Shown here in pieces: positions 59,951 through 64,000 of a stretch of DNA of 64,000 bases. The DNA is from Penicillus capitatus (lineage: Eukaryota; Plantae; Chlorophyta): positions 1-64,000 of the forward strand of contig OZ287695.1 in the NCBI GenBank assembly GCA_965649825.1, in the 5' to 3' direction. The notes below the pieces were generated by a model. The model searched no databases. It was not told the DNA's origin and saw only the letters and a list, made by a program, of their open reading frames with translations. Positions within the stretch are counted from its first letter, which is position 1. Every line of letters begins with the position of its first letter. The translations under genes and the position numbers were made by a program.

Positions 59951-61483
59951 ATGGTTTCGGAGCTCAAGTTTTTGACAACCGAGCGACATGAAGTTGAGAC
60001 GGCGATAAACGCGGCGTCTATGGTCGCCGACGGCTATCGGACGAGGGTCGGAAAACTGATGGAAAAAGTCGAAGTGGGCTCCCCCCTTTTCGAGCTTATG
60101 CGTCAGGTTACCGAACGAACCGAGCCCCATTTTGCAGACAAAGACGCCTTTAATGCGGCGTTTGTGGGGAGAGCAGCAGCTATCTCCAACTGTTTTCCTG
60201 CGAACAAAATGGTAGTCAGTGACGACGACAAGTGGCACGTTTTCAAGAGGACTCTGTTGGGCATGTGTTCGAACGCTGGAACGACTTCTGGGGAGCGTCT
60301 CGCAGGAGCGGCTAAGAAAAAATCAGAGACATGGCTTCAATTCGCGGAAAGGTTTGGCGTGTTAGCGGCTCAGTCGGGATTGGCAAGAGAGATGCAAATC
60401 AAGATTCTCTATGGAAAGCTGCCTGGTCACCTAAAGAGAGCGGTGTCAAGTTTGCCGACGACAACGACGATGAACGAAATGATCTTAATGATCAGAAACG
60501 TTACATTTTGGACTGGATCATCGTCTGCGGCTGAGGTGGACAGAGACGCGATGGACGTTGACATGGTAGACATGTGCGACGGTATTGGATGCGCGGTGCA
60601 TAAGGTCGACAACTTTGGAAGAGGAGGTTTGTCTCTAAGAGAGCTTTGCGATGCGATGAGAAGTGAGCTCACAAGGAATCCTCGTTTTGCGGGGATCGCT
60701 GAAGACATCTTGGGTCAATGGCGACAGAGAGGTCCGCAAGGACAATATTCGAACAACCGTGGACCAAGGAGAACCGGGCCAAGAAGACCGGCCGGGAATA
60801 GACAATTCCAACGGAACTGCTACCAGTGCGGTGAGTATGGTCATTCTGCCAGATTCTGTAGGCAGCGCTCACACCAAATCCGAGAGGCCCAACCTGTGCA
60901 CACCCATAACCAATTTGCACCACTCGCATCTTTGGAAGAGGAAGATGAGAGGGAAGAAGGAGGGTCGGTATTGTCGCTGAGCGTTAGTCAAGGAAAGAAA
61001 CCGTCGCCTCGTAAGGAAGAAGGCAAGGGCAAGAATGGAGGACAGGTCAAGTACATTGACTACCCCCGCGTAGATCAATCGTCCTCGAGTCGTCCACAGA
61101 AGGGAAAGGCATCACTAAAAGTGGTGACATACCTTGCCAATCGGCCAGAAAAGGAAAGCGCCTTGGTCGACACAGGAGCAGAAGTGTCTCTTCTCCCGCT
61201 CACGTATTGTCAACGATGGGGGATAAAGGTGAAAAGAGTGGAAAATACACACCTTCGTGGTTTCAACAATTCGACTAGCCAAGTGACGGGTGAAGTAGTT
61301 TTGCCTATTCGTATTGGGGGGTGGAATCAAGCTATTCCATTTTATGTGACCGATGCCACAAATAAGGTCATTCTGGGATACTCTGCTTTGAAAACTTTTG
61401 GAATCTCCGTGGATTGCTCTCATGACTGTTTGGTTGGAGGAGATGGACACGTGGTCTTCTGCCACTCCGTCTCGTCAAACTAG
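59951..61483 (+). CDS. gag: Gag-protease ORF (up to 510 aa)
   Basis: CCHC knuckle CYQCGEYGHSARFC; aspartic protease ALVDTGAEVSLL and ILGYSALK. Confidence 0.92.
   Translation: MVSELKFLTTERHEVETAINAASMVADGYRTRVGKLMEKVEVGSPLFELMRQVTERTEPHFADKDAFNAAFVGRAAAISNCFPANKMVVSDDDKWHVFKRTLLGMCSNAGTTSGERLAGAAKKKSETWLQFAERFGVLAAQSGLAREMQIKILYGKLPGHLKRAVSSLPTTTTMNEMILMIRNVTFWTGSSSAAEVDRDAMDVDMVDMCDGIGCAVHKVDNFGRGGLSLRELCDAMRSELTRNPRFAGIAEDILGQWRQRGPQGQYSNNRGPRRTGPRRPAGNRQFQRNCYQCGEYGHSARFCRQRSHQIREAQPVHTHNQFAPLASLEEEDEREEGGSVLSLSVSQGKKPSPRKEEGKGKNGGQVKYIDYPRVDQSSSSRPQKGKASLKVVTYLANRPEKESALVDTGAEVSLLPLTYCQRWGIKVKRVENTHLRGFNNSTSQVTGEVVLPIRIGGWNQAIPFYVTDATNKVILGYSALKTFGISVDCSHDCLVGGDGHVVFCHSVSSN
59952..59963 (+). 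promoter_or_regulatory. Primer-binding site TGGTTTCGGAGC
   Basis: Follows ...tttaacA; identical to the PBS of the 36468-40086 element. Confidence 0.8.
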
Positions 61484-64000
61484 CTCCGCCAGGTCAAGGC
61501 GCTTCGCCTGGCGTGACGCTACGGGTTGACAGGAAACTCATATCTGGGTCGGAACCAAGTATTTCAAAAACATCTTTTGTTCTCAAATTAGGGAAGACGG
61601 TTTTTCTCGCTCCTTTTGAAAGCAGTTTAGTAGTGTTACCCGTGAGTGTGCATGGGGAAGGTTTGACGGGTCTCTTTTCTTGTTGTTTTCTTCGAGAAGT
61701 ATCGGCCACTCCCATTCTTGGAAAAAACGGTCGGGTGTCGGTTCGATTGCACAATTTCTCTGATCGTCTTACCACTTTATCGCCGAAACTTAAAGTTGTC
61801 CGTGGGAATTTTTCTGGATCTGGAAGGATTTTGAACGACCCCCAATTAGTAACACACGTTAGTAACACCCACCCAAACTCATCTGAGCGCCCAGATGATT
61901 GTTCGGGATCGGAACAACTCTCCCTTTCTGATTGGCAATCTCGTTTTCCGTTTTTGTTTGCTGATAATATATCCGCTTATGCTACCTCGTCCACGCTCAA
62001 GGCTCTCGTGGTCCGAGCTGATGATTTGGTTTGGAAGTCTCCTATACCTTTTTCCGATTTCGGCTCTCCGCCCTGTTTTACGGACTGCCCTTTCGATGCG
62101 GCACAAGCGGAAATAAGGTCTTTACTTTCTCGTGGAATTATTCAAGAAGTGCCTCGTTTTGACAGAGGTTATTTTTCTCCTGTGGTTTTTCTACGCAAAC
62201 CGGATGGTCGAGTACGAGTCGTGGTGAATTTTCAAAAGCTCAACAAATATTCTGAAGTGTGGAACTCTTATACGCCGGACACCCGAAATGCGGTCAGAGC
62301 GGTGGACCCTTCCTGGCGTATGTTTACTGTCTTGGATCTCCGTGACGGGTATTTTCATATACCCGTTGACGCTTCTCTGAGTCGTCTGTTTTGTTTCTCT
62401 TGTTTTGGTCGCCGTTACCGCTTTGTGACACTCCCTCAAGGTTGGGCATCGAGCGTCGGTTTTTTCAATGATAGGGTACGCCGCATTTTAGGCCACCTTC
62501 CGGCCACGGCTTATTTTGATGATATCATTGTTGGTGGTCACGATCGTAAGTCGCACGATCGTAACTTGGAGGCAGTTTTGGCGGCACTTCAGTCGGCAGG
62601 AATGCATGTGAACCCCAAAAAGGTACAATTCTGCAGACCCACGGTCAGTTTTTTGGGGTTTTCGCTTTCCGGGGATGCATTTCATCAACGTAACTACATC
62701 TCTAAACAACTAAGTCAGTTGCCCCTGGTTCGTTCAAAGAAGGATTTGCAACGCATTCTTGGAATTTTTACTGCTTGTCGAGGTACTTGTCCTGGTTTGG
62801 GTCTGGCAATAGCGCCCCTTTACTCGTTTTTACAAAATTCGGTCCGGAAGATTGATTGGCCTTCAGTGCAAAACCAAGTTCGGGCTGTTGCCGCTCACTT
62901 ACTGAGGAACTCGTTATCTTTTCTGCGTTGTGTGGCGTCACCTGTTTTTCACATTGAAGTCGATTGGTCGGGAGCTGGGGCTGGATATCTCCTTTATGCC
63001 GGCCATAGATCGGAACGTCGTATTATTGCAACCAATTCTCGTGCTATACGTGGTTTCCCAGTTAGCTCTTTTTTAGGGGAATTAGATGCGATCGTCTGGT
63101 GTTTGCAAGATACGCTCCCACTTACTGTTGGCTGTCCGGTTCATGTTTATACGGACTCTTTGAGTGCCCTACAAAGGCTACGAGCTCACGATGTTTGGTA
63201 CAAATCGCGCACTGACCTCAGAATTGGCAGACGCCTTGGTTGGTTGTGGGAGAATTTTCCGCTTGATACTCGTTTGTTTTTACATTTCTTACCCTCTTCG
63301 GACAACTTTCTAGCCGATTGTCTATCACGATGGCCGACGTTAGCGCAACGGAAGGAAGTTGACCTGAATGCAATAAGGGGAGGAGATCAATACAATGAAC
63401 GTTTAAGGAGAATTTCAAAAGCACACGAAGGTCATTGGGGAACGAGGAAAACGATCTTGAACCTGAAGAGGGATGGTGGACCTTGTTGGAAAGGCATGGA
63501 GAGTGAAGTTCGTAATTTTGTCGAGAATTGTCGGAAATGTCAAATGTGGGGGCCTCCTCAACATAGAACAAGTTTGGGGGCGACACCAGTATCCAAAGTC
63601 GGGGAGGCTGTCGGAATAGATTTCGCCGGACCCCTACCAAGAGGGGATTTGGAAGGACCGAGATTCATCGTGCTCATGGTAGATTACCTTTCTCGGTGGA
63701 TCGAGGCATGGTCCTGTGAGAGCCCTAGCAGTGAAGCGGCCATAAGGGCGTTGAATAAATGGAAACAAAGAAACGGTAGAATCGAAATGCTTGTTTCTGA
63801 CAACGCACAGACATGGAATTCCAAGAGCGTAAAAAAATGGTGTGAGGAGAATGGAGTGAAGCAACGGCTGACGGCAAGCTACATGCCAAAATCAAATGGT
63901 ATGTGTGAGAGACAGATCGGAGTACTGAAGGGAAGATTAAAAAGAATGTGTGAGACGCCTGAGGACTGGTCGAAGATTCTATCGAGAGCTGTCAGAGTCA
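61426..64000 (+). CDS. pol: Pol ORF (RT, RNase H, integrase) in the -1 frame relative to gag; absent from the ORF track because it has no stop inside the window
   Basis: My translation is open from 61426 to the end: FSPVVFLRKPDGRVRVVVNFQKLN, LDLRDGYFHIPV, LPQGW, AYFDDIIV, VDWS, GELDA, YTDS, NFLADCLSR, HEGHWG...CRKC, IDFAGPLP, SDNA and SNGMCER. Confidence 0.92.
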   Translation, partial: MFGWRRWTRGLLPLRLVKLAPPGQGASPGVTLRVDRKLISGSEPSISKTSFVLKLGKTVFLAPFESSLVVLPVSVHGEGLTGLFSCCFLREVSATPILGKNGRVSVRLHNFSDRLTTLSPKLKVVRGNFSGSGRILNDPQLVTHVSNTHPNSSERPDDCSGSEQLSLSDWQSRFPFLFADNISAYATSSTLKALVVRADDLVWKSPIPFSDFGSPPCFTDCPFDAAQAEIRSLLSRGIIQEVPRFDRGYFSPVVFLRKPDGRVRVVVNFQKLNKYSEVWNSYTPDTRNAVRAVDPSWRMFTVLDLRDGYFHIPVDASLSRLFCFSCFGRRYRFVTLPQGWASSVGFFNDRVRRILGHLPATAYFDDIIVGGHDRKSHDRNLEAVLAALQSAGMHVNPKKVQFCRPTVSFLGFSLSGDAFHQRNYISKQLSQLPLVRSKKDLQRILGIFTACRGTCPGLGLAIAPLYSFLQNSVRKIDWPSVQNQVRAVAAHLLRNSLSFLRCVASPVFHIEVDWSGAGAGYLLYAGHRSERRIIATNSRAIRGFPVSSFLGELDAIVWCLQDTLPLTVGCPVHVYTDSLSALQRLRAHDVWYKSRTDLRIGRRLGWLWENFPLDTRLFLHFLPSSDNFLADCLSRWPTLAQRKEVDLNAIRGGDQYNERLRRISKAHEGHWGTRKTILNLKRDGGPCWKGMESEVRNFVENCRKCQMWGPPQHRTSLGATPVSKVGEAVGIDFAGPLPRGDLEGPRFIVLMVDYLSRWIEAWSCESPSSEAAIRALNKWKQRNGRIEMLVSDNAQTWNSKSVKKWCEENGVKQRLTASYMPKSNGMCERQIGVLKGRLKRMCETPEDWSKILSRAVRV

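Larger units (their letters stand above)
59602..64000 (+). mobile_element. Ty3/Gypsy LTR retrotransposon, apparently intact, truncated by the window end
   Basis: Domain order Gag-PR then RT-RNase H-IN; PBS directly after ...TTAACA. The 5' LTR start at TGTTG (59602) is inferred because the 3' LTR lies outside the window. Confidence 0.95.

Noticed and set aside
61494-63864. Antisense ORFs within Gypsy pol
   Set aside because: Short (at most 140 aa), discontinuous shadows of the pol frame.

Overview
Eukaryotic nuclear DNA read with the standard genetic code and with very short GT-AG introns (mostly 44-55 nt). The gene content suggests a green alga (inference only). The window looks like a satellite/pericentromere-to-arm transition. 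(1) 1-20338 is a GC-rich 178-bp tandem satellite with a 179-bp variant core. It is interrupted at 705-2547 by a 1.84-kb insertion flanked by a 16-bp direct duplication and containing a composite minisatellite of three different 28-bp modules. (2) About 20.3-47 kb is a run of frameshifted pseudogenes (protein kinase, periplasmic-binding-protein-type receptor, Vps8, PRPP synthetase fragment, HAUS3, ankyrin) plus a degenerate tRNA-like unit. (3) HAUS3 is split by a young 3.6-kb LTR element with identical 233-bp LTRs, a 4-bp TSD and no pol. It carries three intact ORFs in both orientations, one resembling LINE ORF1. (4) 47-59 kb holds essentially intact genes: an EamA transporter, a GIN/DUF2807-domain secreted protein and a 1739-aa POMP-repeat membrane protein. 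(5) 59.6 kb to the end is an apparently intact Ty3/Gypsy element with the same 12-nt primer-binding site as the small LTR element. The best candidates for undescribed biology are the three-ORF pol-less LTR element and the satellite insertion, whose site coincides with the array's right-hand end. All family assignments come from motif recognition by eye; no searches were run.
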